64,000 nucleotides of DNA. Origin: Sneathiella sp. Lineage in GTDB: Bacteria; Pseudomonadota; Alphaproteobacteria; Sneathiellales; Sneathiellaceae. The translations under genes were made by a program, and so were the position numbers. A model generated the notes under the pieces. It saw nothing but the letters and a program-made list of their open reading frames with translations, made no database searches and was not told the DNA's origin. The DNA is taken from NCBI RefSeq assembly GCF_047631475.1, contig NZ_JBLHZT010000014.1, positions 17,438 through 81,437 of the forward strand. Reading direction: 5' to 3'. This document shows positions 8,787-20,100 of this stretch, in pieces; position 1 is the stretch's first letter; every line of letters starts with the position of its first letter.

Positions 8787-9115
8787 TAAAGCATCATATT
8801 GTTTGATTTGGTTGGCAAGCTGACAATAAGGCCATCCAACTCTTCAGACATTAAAATCTGACATCCCAAACGTGAAGTCGCTGTTAAACCATAGGCAAGG
8901 TCCAGCATATCTTCTTCATCTTCCGTTGCATCCATCAAACGGTCAAAGTCTTCGGCATCCACAATGATATGGCATGTGGAACAAGCAAGGCTGCCTTCAC
9001 AGGCCCCTTCCAGATCAAGCCCGTTTTGCTGAGCAATTTCCAGAATAGAGACACCCAATGGCGCCTCCACTTCCAGCCGATCACCATTAGGTTTTACAAA
9101 TGTCATTTTCGGCAT
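8786..9115 (-). CDS. 2Fe-2S ferredoxin, adrenodoxin/ISC type
   Basis: [11 protein letters not shown]...SRLGCQ. Confidence 0.95.
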   Translation of the reverse strand: MPKMTFVKPNGDRLEVEAPLGVSILEIAQQNGLDLEGACEGSLACSTCHIIVDAEDFDRLMDATEDEEDMLDLAYGLTATSRLGCQILMSEELDGLIVSLPTKSNNMML

Positions 9116-9139
9116 TTGGTGCCTTACTCCATCTAGTTT

Positions 9140-10249
9140 CTACTTTGACTTGGACCGGTAGATTTTTTTCCAAGTTTCTATGAATGTGTCTATCTCAGCG
9201 CGTTTCGTCAAGCGTCCCAGACTAATTCGGATCGCCTGATCAGCCTCCGCTTCCGTTGCACCCATTGCCCTCAGCACGTGACTCGCCTTTACTTTTCCGC
9301 TTGAACAAGCTGATCCGGCGCTTACCGCGAACCCTTCTAAATCAAAATTCATAACCTGCAACTGCGCCGAAACCCCCGGCATTGACAGGCAGCTTGTATT
9401 GGGAAGCCTTGATTGGTCTGCACCATAAATACGGACATCCGGCACCGCATCGCAAATGCTTTTTTCCATTTCATCTCGTAATTTGCGAATTTCGCTCAGG
9501 CCGGAAAGCTCTTGCAGGGCCAAGTCTGTCGCCACGCCAAAACCGGCAATCCCGGCCACATTTTCCGTCCCTCCCCGACGCCCAAGTTCCTGACCACCAC
9601 CTTTTTGCACGGATTTAATGGCCAAACCCTCCCGAACGATTAATGCGCCCTGCCCTTGAGGCCCCCCGATCTTGTGAGCGGACAAGGACATCATGTCAGC
9701 CCCTACCGCTTTAAAATCAATCGGGATTTTCCCAGCGGCCTGAATGGCATCGGTATGAACAATGCCACCGAATTCATGAACAAGTTCGACAATTTCAGGG
9801 AGGGGTTGCAGGATACCCGTTTCATTATTCGCATACATGACAGAAACAAGTACGGGACCGTTGGCCGCCGTTAATTTCTCTTTCAAATCCTGAAGATCAA
9901 GTTTGCCAGAGGGCTCCAGATCCACCAGAAGGACATCATAGTCCGCCACCATGGCCAATACAGAGTCGTGTTCGGCCCGACTCACCATCCATTGATGGGC
10001 AGGAAACCCTTTCAATGCCAGATTATTGGCTTCGGTGCCACCGGATGTGAATATCACTTCCTGAGGCTTGCATCCCACTAAATGGGCGACCTGACGGCGG
10101 GCCGTTTCCACACGTCCCCTCGCCTTTCTGCCAGCCGCATGGACCGAGGAGGGATTGCCCCATTCGGCCATCACCGAAGACACACACGTAATCACGTCCG
10201 AGCGGATGGGAGCCGTCGCGTTATAATCCAGATAGACTGTTTTTTTCAT
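9140..10249 (-). CDS. iscS: Cysteine desulfurase (IscS/NifS group I)
   Basis: YLDYNATAP, SAHKIGGPQG (PLP Lys), SAGSACSSG (catalytic Cys). Confidence 0.9.
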   Translation of the reverse strand: MKKTVYLDYNATAPIRSDVITCVSSVMAEWGNPSSVHAAGRKARGRVETARRQVAHLVGCKPQEVIFTSGGTEANNLALKGFPAHQWMVSRAEHDSVLAMVADYDVLLVDLEPSGKLDLQDLKEKLTAANGPVLVSVMYANNETGILQPLPEIVELVHEFGGIVHTDAIQAAGKIPIDFKAVGADMMSLSAHKIGGPQGQGALIVREGLAIKSVQKGGGQELGRRGGTENVAGIAGFGVATDLALQELSGLSEIRKLRDEMEKSICDAVPDVRIYGADQSRLPNTSCLSMPGVSAQLQVMNFDLEGFAVSAGSACSSGKVKASHVLRAMGATEAEADQAIRISLGRLTKRAEIDTFIETWKKIYRSKSK

Positions 10250-10255
10250 GGCAAG

Positions 10256-10289
10256 AAAATATGCCCTGCCGATAGGATCGGCAAGGCAT
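10256..10289 (-). promoter_or_regulatory. Candidate sigma70 promoter (TTGCCG-N17-TATTTT) for leaderless iscS, overlapped by a 29-bp inverted repeat
   Basis: -35 at 10284-10279, -10 at 10261-10256, 6 nt to ATG, no SD. Palindrome at 10261-10289. Confidence 0.45.
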
Positions 10290-10321
10290 TAATGGCGCGG
10301 ATTTTATTTATCCAGAGAATG

Positions 10322-11092
10322 TCAGCCTTTAACATCCTGATCCGGTTTAAGATCCTCTTCGATCTTGATATCCAGATCTTCAGCTAACAAGACCGGGGCA
10401 TTTCGCTCCTGATCCAATTCAGACTCAAGTTCATTGACGCGCATCGACAAAGACTGAACTTTATCCAGCAGCCCATCCAGAATTTTGAAAACCGGATCGG
10501 GCAATTCATCATTCCCAATACCGTAAGCTGCGAATCTCTCATCTGGTCCAGAGTGTTTTCGGCCCGTAACTGCCCGGGCGGGAGACCCCACCACGGTCAC
10601 ACATTCGGGAACATCTTTCGTCACAACCGAGGCCGCACCGACACGGGCACAACGCCCTACTGTTATCGGTCCCAAAACCTGAGCGCCGGATCCGACAATT
10701 ACGTTGTCGCAAAGGGTCGGATGCCGTTTTACATTACGTTGCGAGTCAGAATCAACAGAAGGAGAAACACCCCCCAATGTTACACTTTGGTAAAGCGTAA
10801 CACCGTCACCAATCTCAGCAGTTTCGCCAATCACGACCCCGGAACCATGATCAATAAACAGTTTCTTACCGATCGTCGCGCCTGGATGAATTTCAATATT
10901 TGTCAGGAAGCGACTCACTTGCGAAATGAGGCGAGCAAGGATCTTCCAGTTCCGTTTCCAGAGCCAGTGAGCAACACGGTGAAACAGCACCGAATGAAAG
11001 CCAGAATAGAGCAGCGCCACCTCAAATTTAGAGCGAGCGGCCGGGTCTCTTTCCATAATACCAGCAAGATCTTCGCTAATATGCTTGAACAT
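10322..11092 (-). CDS. cysE: Serine O-acetyltransferase
   Basis: [36 protein letters not shown] hexapeptide region. Confidence 0.95.
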   Translation of the reverse strand: MFKHISEDLAGIMERDPAARSKFEVALLYSGFHSVLFHRVAHWLWKRNWKILARLISQVSRFLTNIEIHPGATIGKKLFIDHGSGVVIGETAEIGDGVTLYQSVTLGGVSPSVDSDSQRNVKRHPTLCDNVIVGSGAQVLGPITVGRCARVGAASVVTKDVPECVTVVGSPARAVTGRKHSGPDERFAAYGIGNDELPDPVFKILDGLLDKVQSLSMRVNELESELDQERNAPVLLAEDLDIKIEEDLKPDQDVKG

Positions 11093-11306
11093 TTGCTACT
11101 TCCTTCTGTATTGTGCCGCCTTTATGACGGAACGGATGAGACGCGACAAAAGCACCTGACATAAATTGAAATATAAGCAAATGCCTGTTTCGTCAAGGAG
11201 ACCGGCAGTCTTTTGCGGTTCAATTTCAGGACTTTGTTGACCCTCATCACACCATAAACAGTCGTCCGCACAGTATTTTGTCGGACCAAAGGAACCTGGA
11301 CTTTAG

Positions 11307-11960
11307 ATGCCTGACGTAATTTTTAACGGACCAGAAGGCCGCCTCGAAGGCCGATATCACCATTCAGATGAGCCAAATGCTCCTCTCGCCTTGATCCTTC
11401 ATCCTCACCCGCAGTTTGGTGGAACGATGAACAACAAGGTTGTTTATCACCAGTTTACAACGTTCAAAAACCGGGGCTTTTCAGTACTGCGTTTTAACTT
11501 CCGCGGTGTTGGACGCAGTCAGGGGGACTACGATCAGGGAATTGGTGAACTATCTGATGCCGCAGCAGCCCTCGACTGGATGCAGACACATAACCCAAAT
11601 GCCCCGGCAGTTTGGATTGCGGGATTTTCATTTGGCGCGTGGATTGGCATGCAGCTTTTGATGCGGCGTCCCGAGATTGAAGGCTTTATCTCGATTGCTC
11701 CGCCCGCGAACATGTATGATTTCTCATTCCTCGCACCTTGCCCGTCTTCCGGAATTATCATTCATGGTACCCGCGATATGCAGGTCCCGCAAAAGGATGT
11801 GTTGAAACTTGTTGAAAAACTGCAGTCTCAAAAGGGCATCACCATTCATCACGATGAAGTAGAAGGCGCTGATCACTTCTTTGAAAAAACGCTGCCTAAT
11901 CTGATGGAATCTGTGGATGGCTATCTGGACATGCGATTAAACGGCGCTGAAGAAGACTAG
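11307..11960 (+). CDS. Alpha/beta hydrolase of the family usually linked to Fe-S genes in alphaproteobacteria
   Basis: HPHPQFGGTMNNKVV, RFNFRGVGRSQG, nucleophile GFSFG, C-terminal ADHFF. Confidence 0.85.
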   Translation: MPDVIFNGPEGRLEGRYHHSDEPNAPLALILHPHPQFGGTMNNKVVYHQFTTFKNRGFSVLRFNFRGVGRSQGDYDQGIGELSDAAAALDWMQTHNPNAPAVWIAGFSFGAWIGMQLLMRRPEIEGFISIAPPANMYDFSFLAPCPSSGIIIHGTRDMQVPQKDVLKLVEKLQSQKGITIHHDEVEGADHFFEKTLPNLMESVDGYLDMRLNGAEED

Positions 11961-11976
11961 GCTGTTAATTCCCTTC

Positions 11977-12010
11977 AAAAAGCGCCGTTTAATAAATACG
12001 GCGCTTTTTT
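11977..12010 (+). terminator. Intrinsic terminator (possibly bidirectional)
   Basis: AAAAAGCGCCGT-loop-ACGGCGCTTTTTT. Confidence 0.8.
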
Positions 12011-12049
12011 ATTTCTTTTCCCGGCGTTTCAGCAGCTTTATGGTTGGGT

Positions 12050-12859
12050 ATGAAAAAAACAGTCTCATTCTCAGCCACGAAAGGGTCCCGGCTCATTTGG
12101 TTTGCCCTATCCGTTTTTTGGATTGTTGGCGCTGTTCTTCCGGCAAATGCAGAACAAACGGGCAGATTATATGTTGCTGTTGCTTCAAATTTTCTGGCCC
12201 CCGCCAAGAAAATTGCCGCGGCCTTTGAACAAAGTACCGGTCAGAAGGTCACCTTAAGCTTTGGATCCACAGGGAAGTTTTACGCCCAGATCATCAACGG
12301 CGCGCCCTTTCAGGTTTTCCTGTCAGCAGACCAAAATGCGATCGATCAGTTAATCGATAAAAACCAGACATCAGCCAATGACCGCTTTACCTATGCGATT
12401 GGAAAATTATCGCTGTTTAGTGCTGACCCATCTTTTATCCAGAAGGATCCCGCGGCCTCATTAACCGATCACACCCTGAAAAGGCTTGCTGTTGCCAACC
12501 CAAACACAGCCCCCTATGGCCGGGCCGCTTTTGAAACGATTGAGAATCTTGGACTAACGGCAGCGCTAGCAGGCCGTCTTGTAATGGGCGAAAATATAAG
12601 CCAAACCTTTCAATTTGTTGCGACCCGCAATGCAACGGCTGGCTTTATTGCGCTTTCCCAGGTTATTCATCTGAATAACGGCTCCCGGTGGATCGTTCCG
12701 ACCGAATATTACAACCCGATAAAACAGGATGCGGCCTTACTGGACAAAGGGAGGACCAATCCGGTGGCACGGTCATTTTTCGAATTTCTGAAATCTAAAA
12801 CAAGTCAGGACATTATCCAGCAGTATGGGTATGGTACTGATCTGAAGAGCGAAAATTAG
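12050..12859 (+). CDS. modA: Molybdate ABC transporter substrate-binding protein
   Basis: Signal peptide, AVASNF, GSTGKFYAQI, ANPNTAPYG, GENISQ, PIKQDA. Confidence 0.92.
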   Translation: MKKTVSFSATKGSRLIWFALSVFWIVGAVLPANAEQTGRLYVAVASNFLAPAKKIAAAFEQSTGQKVTLSFGSTGKFYAQIINGAPFQVFLSADQNAIDQLIDKNQTSANDRFTYAIGKLSLFSADPSFIQKDPAASLTDHTLKRLAVANPNTAPYGRAAFETIENLGLTAALAGRLVMGENISQTFQFVATRNATAGFIALSQVIHLNNGSRWIVPTEYYNPIKQDAALLDKGRTNPVARSFFEFLKSKTSQDIIQQYGYGTDLKSEN

Positions 12860-12883
12860 AAGCGAAGGATTGCGTGGCTGTCG

Positions 12884-13546
12884 ATGATTGAGACCATTTG
12901 GCTTACGGTGAAACTGGCAAGTTTGACAACGTTTTTCCTGCTGCTTCTGGGAACACCACTGGCTTGGTGGTTATCCCGCAGTACCGTCTGGTGGAAAGAA
13001 GGTGTTAGCGCACTTGTTGCCGTACCGCTTGTTCTGCCGCCCACCGTCCTTGGTTTTTATCTACTTCTCTTGCTTAGTCCGGATAGCCCCGTTGGGCAAT
13101 TCTTTGAAACCCTGTTTGGCAAAACCCTCCCCTTCACCTTTGAAGGACTGGTGATTGGGTCGATCCTTTATTCGCTGCCTTTTGTTGTTCAACCGGTACG
13201 CAATGCATTTGACGCGATAAGCGAACGCACGATGGAGGCGGCCGCAACGCTGCGGGCATCGCCCCTGGACGCATTTTTTTCAATTGCCTTGCCAATGGCC
13301 CGCCCTGGCCTGCTGACCGGCGCCATATTGGGATTTGCCCATACCGTTGGAGAATTTGGCGTTGTACTCATGATCGGTGGTAACATTCCCGGCGAAACAC
13401 GGGTTCTTTCAATTGCCATTTACGATCATGTTGAAGCCTTGGAATGGGATCAGGCCCACATCATTTCCGCCGGAATGCTAGTCTTTTCTTTCCTTGTTAT
13501 CCTTTTCATGATGATGCTTGAAAAACGGCTGAGGAGAGAACAATGA
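12884..13546 (+). CDS. modB: Molybdate ABC transporter permease
   Basis: [37 protein letters not shown]. Confidence 0.95.
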   Translation: MIETIWLTVKLASLTTFFLLLLGTPLAWWLSRSTVWWKEGVSALVAVPLVLPPTVLGFYLLLLLSPDSPVGQFFETLFGKTLPFTFEGLVIGSILYSLPFVVQPVRNAFDAISERTMEAAATLRASPLDAFFSIALPMARPGLLTGAILGFAHTVGEFGVVLMIGGNIPGETRVLSIAIYDHVEALEWDQAHIISAGMLVFSFLVILFMMMLEKRLRREQ

Positions 13547-14631
13547 GCGGTTCCATCGACGCCCGCGTTAAGGGAGAGGTTGGACAATTCCGTCTGGATT
13601 TTGAAGCCACTCTACCCGGGCATGGGATAACGGCTTTGTTTGGCCCCTCAGGATGCGGTAAAACCTCTGTCTTGCGCTGGATGGCAGGGCTCATGGATAT
13701 GCCGGACAGTCACTTTTCTCTAAACGGTCATGTATGGAATGCATCGGGGCAATTCACGCCCCCCCATAAACGGTCGGTCGGCTATGTATTTCAGGATGGC
13801 GCTCTTTTCCCTCATCTGACGGTCCACAAAAACCTGACTTACGGGATGAAACGAGCATCGAGAAATGGTCATTCAGTTAATCTGGAAGAGATCATCGCCT
13901 TAATGGGGCTTGAGCTGCTGTTGGACCGATCAACAGTGTCTCTTTCGGGCGGTGAAAAACAACGGGTTGCTATTGGACGGGCCCTTTTGACACATCCTGA
14001 TATCTTGCTGATGGATGAACCCTTATCCGCATTGGATAAACAGTCAAAGAACAACATCATCCCGTATATCGAAACAATGAAAGAAGCCCTTTCAATCCCC
14101 ATTATTCTGGTAAGCCATGACATTGCTGAAATTGAACGTCTTGCCGATCATATGGTTTTGATGGAGGCGGGTAAGGTCGTCACCACAGGTCCTTTAATGG
14201 ATGTATTGTGCAATCCATCCCTGCCCTTTGCCTCAGAAGAGAACCCTGCAACAATTGTGCAAGCCGACCTGGTTCATTTCATTCAGGAAGACGCTCTTAC
14301 AGAATTTAAAATCGGCACTCAAAGCCTATTCCTTCCCGGACAGATTGGCCGCTCTGGGCAGACCCACCGGATCCGTATTTCGGCAGGGGATGTCAGTCTG
14401 GCCCCTGACTATCCATCCGAAACAACCATTCTGAACATTCTCGAAGTACAGATCCACCAGATTATGGAAATTGGAAACGGACGTGTAACCATCTTCCTGC
14501 ATCTTAAAGATTGCGAAGACATACAGTTAATCGCCCGTATTTCTGCAAGATCAGCGAAAAAATTCGGATTTAGGATCGGAGGGCAGGTTTTCGCCCAAAT
14601 AAAGGGAACCCCTATGGTGGAACGTCAATAA
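13543..14631 (+). CDS. modC: Molybdate ABC transporter ATPase
   Basis: [28 protein letters not shown]-terminal TOBE-like region. Confidence 0.92.
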   Translation: MSGSIDARVKGEVGQFRLDFEATLPGHGITALFGPSGCGKTSVLRWMAGLMDMPDSHFSLNGHVWNASGQFTPPHKRSVGYVFQDGALFPHLTVHKNLTYGMKRASRNGHSVNLEEIIALMGLELLLDRSTVSLSGGEKQRVAIGRALLTHPDILLMDEPLSALDKQSKNNIIPYIETMKEALSIPIILVSHDIAEIERLADHMVLMEAGKVVTTGPLMDVLCNPSLPFASEENPATIVQADLVHFIQEDALTEFKIGTQSLFLPGQIGRSGQTHRIRISAGDVSLAPDYPSETTILNILEVQIHQIMEIGNGRVTIFLHLKDCEDIQLIARISARSAKKFGFRIGGQVFAQIKGTPMVERQ

Positions 14632-14655
14632 AAGGCCCTAAAACAAGCCAAGCCG

Positions 14656-15756
14656 CTATCCAGCTTGACGGTCCCGCCTGATCTGAAAAAGCCGACCACC
14701 CGTTGTCGGTGTTGGAACGCCGGTCGTCGTCGGCAAGCTTAACGGAAGGCCTCTCAGGCTTCGCACCGCCAAAAAGGCAAATGCCTCTGCCTCCAGCTCA
14801 TCCCCATTCCAACCAACAGTCTCCACGGGTTCCACAGCCGCGCCAACCAATCTGGCGATACCATCCATCATGGTTTTGTTCTTCCGCCCACCCCCGGTCA
14901 CCAACCAGCGGTTTGGCGCGGTTGGGCAGTGGTCCAGCGCCTTGGCAATTGTTTGAACTGTAAATTCAGTGAGCGTCGCGGCCCCATCCTCTATAGAGAG
15001 GCTCTCAATTAGTGTCATTGAAAAATCGTTGCGATCGAGGCTTTTCGGTGCTGGCTTGTCAAAGTATGGATTGTCCATCAACCCTGCAAGTGCGATTTGA
15101 TCCACTGTTCCGCGGGCTGCGATTTTGCCATCCTCATCGAACAGGCCGCCCCCTTTCAATTGCACCCAGTCATCAATCAGTGCACTGGCCGGGCCCGTAT
15201 CAAATGCGAGCAATATATCGGTGCCAACATAGCTGACATTCGCAACGCCTCCCAAATTGAGAACCATAACCGGAAGGGTCAGATCTGCCGCCAATGCCCG
15301 ATGGTAAAGCGGCGCGAAAGGAGCGCCTTCGCCGCCTGATTTAACATCATTTGTACGAAAATCGGTAACTACATTGATACCAGTAAGATCAGCAAGCAAC
15401 TGACCATTTCCAACCTGCACGGTGATCCCGTTTGGCGCATCATGAAACAAGGTTTGTCCGTGGAAGCCAACAACACCGATGTCGGATGCTTGTATGCCCG
15501 ATTTTTTTACAACGGCGTCCACCGCCTCAGCATTTAACCTTGTGAAATGATCAACGATTGAGTCTGGTGCGTTCTTTTTGCCAAGCCAGCGTTTAAACTG
15601 CTGTGCAAAATCAGGTTCGTAGGAAACAGATTGGGTGGGGCCCACTTCAAATACCGTATGACCATCCGTCCGGATCATTGCCGCGTCAACCCCATCCATA
15701 GAGGTGCCACTCATCAACCCTACGGCCCATATTGCTTCTTCTTGTCGATTAGTCAT
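14656..15756 (-). CDS. anmK: Anhydro-N-acetylmuramic acid kinase
   Basis: GLMSGTSMDGVD, GFHGQT, GGEGAPFAP, NLGGVAN, FDTGPA, GGGRKN. Confidence 0.95.
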   Translation of the reverse strand: MTNRQEEAIWAVGLMSGTSMDGVDAAMIRTDGHTVFEVGPTQSVSYEPDFAQQFKRWLGKKNAPDSIVDHFTRLNAEAVDAVVKKSGIQASDIGVVGFHGQTLFHDAPNGITVQVGNGQLLADLTGINVVTDFRTNDVKSGGEGAPFAPLYHRALAADLTLPVMVLNLGGVANVSYVGTDILLAFDTGPASALIDDWVQLKGGGLFDEDGKIAARGTVDQIALAGLMDNPYFDKPAPKSLDRNDFSMTLIESLSIEDGAATLTEFTVQTIAKALDHCPTAPNRWLVTGGGRKNKTMMDGIARLVGAAVEPVETVGWNGDELEAEAFAFLAVRSLRGLPLSLPTTTGVPTPTTGGRLFQIRRDRQAG

Positions 15757-15849
15757 AAGGAATATTGCCCGCAAAAACCAATACTTGGAAAGATACAGAA
15801 TAATGTGCTACAGGTCAGATCCTTTCAACAACATTTGTAAAATAGTCAT

Positions 15850-17103
15850 ATGACCGACCTACGCTCAAATTTCATGAAAAGTTTCCAGGAACGTGGATAC
15901 ATGCACCAATGTACCGATCTGGAGGCATTGGACACTGCCTTTAATGAAAAGACGGTGACAGCGTATATCGGCTTTGACTGTACGGCCCGCAGTCTCCACG
16001 TTGGTAGCCTGATGCAGATCATGATTCTGCGTCTTATGCAGAAAATGGGGCATAAACCGATTGTCCTTATGGGCGGTGGCACCACAAAAATTGGGGACCC
16101 GTCTTTCCGCGATGAAAGCCGGCCACTGATCGATGACGCGGGCATTCAGGAAAATATGAACGGCATCAAAAAAGTCTTTGAGAAGTTCATTACCTTCGGC
16201 GACGGACCGACTGATGCCGTTATGGTCAATAATGACGACTGGCTTGCCAAGCTCGAATATATTCCGTTTCTGCGAGAGTATGGCCGTCACTTTTCAGTCA
16301 ATCGCATGCTCAGCTTTGAGAGTGTCAAAATCCGTCTGGATCGGGAACAATCTCTGAGTTTTCTTGAATTCAATTATATGATCCTCCAGGCCTACGATTT
16401 TGTAGAACTTAAAAAACGGTTCGATTGCATGCTGCAAATTGGTGGCTCTGACCAATGGGGTAACATTATCAATGGCACCGAACTTGGACGCAGAACCAAT
16501 AACTTTAATCTCTATGGTTTGACGACGCCGCTTCTGACTACGTCCTCCGGGGCGAAGATGGGAAAAACGGCGTCCGGGGCGATCTGGCTAAACGAAGATA
16601 TGCTCTCTGCGTATGACTACTGGCAATATTGGAGAAACACAGAAGACGCCGATGTTGGTCGTTTTCTGCGCCTGTTCACCGAATTGCCGCTGGATGAAAT
16701 CGCTCGACTTGAAGCGCTCGAGGGCGCTGAACTAAACGATGCCAAGAAAATTCTGGCAGGAGAATGCACGAAGCTTGCCCATGGGGAGGAAGCAGCCCTT
16801 GCCGCAGCCGAGACAGCCCGTCAGACATTTGAAATGGGCGAAACAGCGGAAAGTTTGCCAACGACAGAAATTCCGACTTCGGAACTCGACGAAGGTATTC
16901 CAGCCTTTGCGCTGTTTAACCGCGTTGGCCTTTCCCAGTCCAGCTCAGAGGCACGTAAACTGATTAAAGGTGGCGGTGCACGGGTCAATGACGAAAAAGT
17001 CGCGGACGAAAAACGGATACTGACGTCAGCCGACGTCAATGAAACAGGTCGGATCAAATTGTCTGCGGGTAAAAAACGGCATCATTTGATTTTGCCTGCC
17101 TGA
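15850..17103 (+). CDS. tyrS: Tyrosine--tRNA ligase
   Basis: [15 protein letters not shown] (HIGH), [17 protein letters not shown]-terminal S4 domain. Confidence 0.98.
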   Translation: MTDLRSNFMKSFQERGYMHQCTDLEALDTAFNEKTVTAYIGFDCTARSLHVGSLMQIMILRLMQKMGHKPIVLMGGGTTKIGDPSFRDESRPLIDDAGIQENMNGIKKVFEKFITFGDGPTDAVMVNNDDWLAKLEYIPFLREYGRHFSVNRMLSFESVKIRLDREQSLSFLEFNYMILQAYDFVELKKRFDCMLQIGGSDQWGNIINGTELGRRTNNFNLYGLTTPLLTTSSGAKMGKTASGAIWLNEDMLSAYDYWQYWRNTEDADVGRFLRLFTELPLDEIARLEALEGAELNDAKKILAGECTKLAHGEEAALAAAETARQTFEMGETAESLPTTEIPTSELDEGIPAFALFNRVGLSQSSSEARKLIKGGGARVNDEKVADEKRILTSADVNETGRIKLSAGKKRHHLILPA

Positions 17104-17113
17104 TCGACGGAAG

Positions 17114-17138
17114 GAAGGGAAGCTTAAGGCTTCCCTTC
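17114..17138. terminator. 10-bp hairpin between convergent tyrS and the AsmA-like gene
   Basis: GAAGGGAAGC-TTAAG-GCTTCCCTTC. No clear U-tract. Confidence 0.45.
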
Positions 17139-20100
17139 ATCTTCGCGGATTTCCTGACCTTCTGGCGTAACCACTGTCGGTGCCTCCGCGTCTTTTCCCC
17201 AAGGCTCAAAGAACATTCTGCGCAAAATTCCCGGGGCAAGCGCTGACACAGGGTTCACACTGATATCAGGATTATCCGACCCTCCCTTGACCTTATAGGA
17301 AAAGCCAAATATTCCTTCGCCTTCACGGCCGACCAGCAAGCGCCCAAGGATTGGAATATTCCCCAAAATTGAATTTAATGTGTAAGACGGAATAACTGTC
17401 CCAAAGCCGTCGATTGTCTTCTCGTTCTGATCAATGCTCCCCGTAAAGGTAATACCGATCGATCCAACTGCACGAAAATCCTTTGTTGACAGCACATCGT
17501 CCTGAAAGACGAAAGGTCCTTCTACTGTCGTAAATGTCATACCGTCATTTTGCAAAAGTTCAACAATTCCACCAAGCGAGCCAAGGGTCAGTATTTTACC
17601 CAAAACAGGGGCCTTAACGATACGAACCTCTTTCATCGACATAACGCCGGTGGTGCGGCTGTTTTCTTCCGTATCATTGATCATACCGGAAACCGAGAGA
17701 GTCCCATCACGGGCATTGTCATAGACATCCAGTCCACGCAATAACAAGCCTGCATGATCAGACTGAAATTCAAACTGCCGCCCGTTTTTGTTCTCTCGTA
17801 AAGCAAATGAAATTCCAAATTCGTCCGTAAATCTGGCCGTAATGTCACCCTTCTGGATCACATCATTTTTAGCCGATAATTGCCCCGACAGATTTTTTAA
17901 TGCTACGCCGCCCGCCAATAAGGCCGTTCCAATTTTTATATTGCTATTCCAAATCAGGGCGTTCTCATCCGCGACATCCTCAATTTTTTCTGAGATAACG
18001 TCTGTTTCCGCAACCTTCTCTTTCAAAACGAAAGGACGCAAATCCAGCACTGGCCCAGACACATTCAAAGCATATTTATTTGCGGCGACACGATTTACAT
18101 CAAGCGCAAGGTCGCTTTCACCGACAATCAGTCTGTCCACAGCAAACGAGCTTAATCCATCCTGGTCAAACGATCCTTTTCCAACAAGTTCAAGTTGATC
18201 TGCGGATAAGCGGACATTGGAAAGATCCGTTTTCCCCGTCCCGTCTGTTGCAAACTGAAGTCCCAACAGACCCGTGACACCAATAGGCTTGTGAATATGC
18301 AACGCGTCAAAGGAAATATCGGTTTCAAGAAGGTTGAGTGTGACAACCCCTGTCGCCTTGCCCGATGGCTGAACATCCACCCCTAAAGAAGCACCGGCAG
18401 ACCCTTTTATAAAATCCAGATCGGCTCCCAGTGATTTACGGGCTGTTTCGTCCAGTTTCGCCTGAACCTCGTAGCGACGCACGCCTTTTTTCTTTCCGCG
18501 CAAATAGGCCTGAAAAAGAATTTGAGCCGGGTTGCCGTTCAATTTGGCGGGGCCGGATACATTGATTTCCTCTGTTGATACAGTGACGTCCAGATCACCA
18601 TCGCCCAGATTAATGTCCTGAAAGACATTCGGAATATACGCGTCTTTAAAACTGCCTGACGCTTCATAGACCACTTTTTCCAGTGTCAGATTATCCAGCA
18701 AAGGAAAGACAAAACGGGCATCAACGACGCCTTCTCCCTGCATCTTATCGGGAACAATTCCATAATCTGTCACGAGCTCCAATGGCTTCCGATCCAGAAA
18801 TGCAAAGATGCTTTTGTTCTGGCCTTTCACCTGTAACCGTATATCCGCAATCTGGTTTTTCTTTTCGAAATCGTAGATCAGGACGTTGCCTTTTGGTAAC
18901 TCCATATCCAGCAGTTTTCCAGACAGGTCCGTGATGTGAATTTGTTTTTCGGTCAGAACCACATTCCCCGAGACATCGGTGACCTTCGGCAACGGAGCAA
19001 AATAATCCGCGCTTGCTTTTTCGAACGAAAACTTCAACTCGATTGCCCCGTCCGGAATAACACCTTTTTTCATGGCACCGGCAGGCAAATCCATTCGAAA
19101 TGTCGTGTTATGAACGATCCCGTCCTTGATTTTTGCTGTCACCCATTTATAGGCATCTACTGCTGCTGAATATGGCCAATAGACAGGCAGATCGTCGGCA
19201 TACAGCTTCGGTAATGACCCCTCAATAGACATCCCTAATCCATTTTCAGCATCGTTTACAAAAGACCCGCTCATTGTGATCGTTGGGCCCCGCCCTTTTG
19301 CTTCGATAATCACCGAATTAAGATTGATCGCATCAAAGGGGGCCGCCGTATGGCCTTCGGCTCGAACAGATTGAATATTCAGGGGGACCGTATACAGGCT
19401 GGGAATATCGACCTGGCCCTCGCCTGTTTCGAGTTTGAAGCCGACCTGCTGGGGGGTAAACGCTGGATCAAAGGATATGTTGATGTCACCGCTCACCGGC
19501 AGCGAAATACCCTTCAAGATGTCCAGGTCGGGAATTTCCTTAGCCAGGATAGCCGGCGGGAAATCCGTAATACGCGTATTCACAACTGTTGTGAACCGAT
19601 CTCTGGAATACGCGGCGTTGGCGATCAGGTTGATACTTTCATCCCCGATATGAGCATTGCCCTGCAGTCTTCCCGTTAGACCTTCTTCCGTCCGCCAGAT
19701 AACCATATTGGCGGATGTAACGCGCCACAGTTTATTAAGCTTTTCATCTTCAATAAATAACCCGGATTGATAAATCTCCAGGCGTTCCAGATAGGCTGTT
19801 AAATCGGAAGACGATTTTCGTGTTCCCAGACTATTGAGCAGATCATGGATCACCAACAGCGAAGCCTGATCCTGCTGATCTATTGAAACCGCTTGGTTGG
19901 ATCGTTCTTCATCATAACTGTATCCGAGCCGAATGGCGCCGCTTTCTTCGCGGGTCAGCAAGACTTTCAGGCCCGAAAATTCAAGACCTGAAGGGGCAAT
20001 CCGCCCTTTTACCAGCGCCTCACCGCTAAAAGTCACCGTAACCGCAGGGATTTGAGCTATCGGCTCATCGTCGCGTTTGATCGAAACATTATTCACACCG

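Noticed and set aside
8787-9139. TPP riboswitch for tenA
   Set aside because: tenA is coupled directly to fdx and has no leader. No TPP core is visible upstream of iscS or cysE.
10553-11164. 203-aa plus-strand ORF
   Set aside because: Antisense shadow of cysE with no recognisable motifs.
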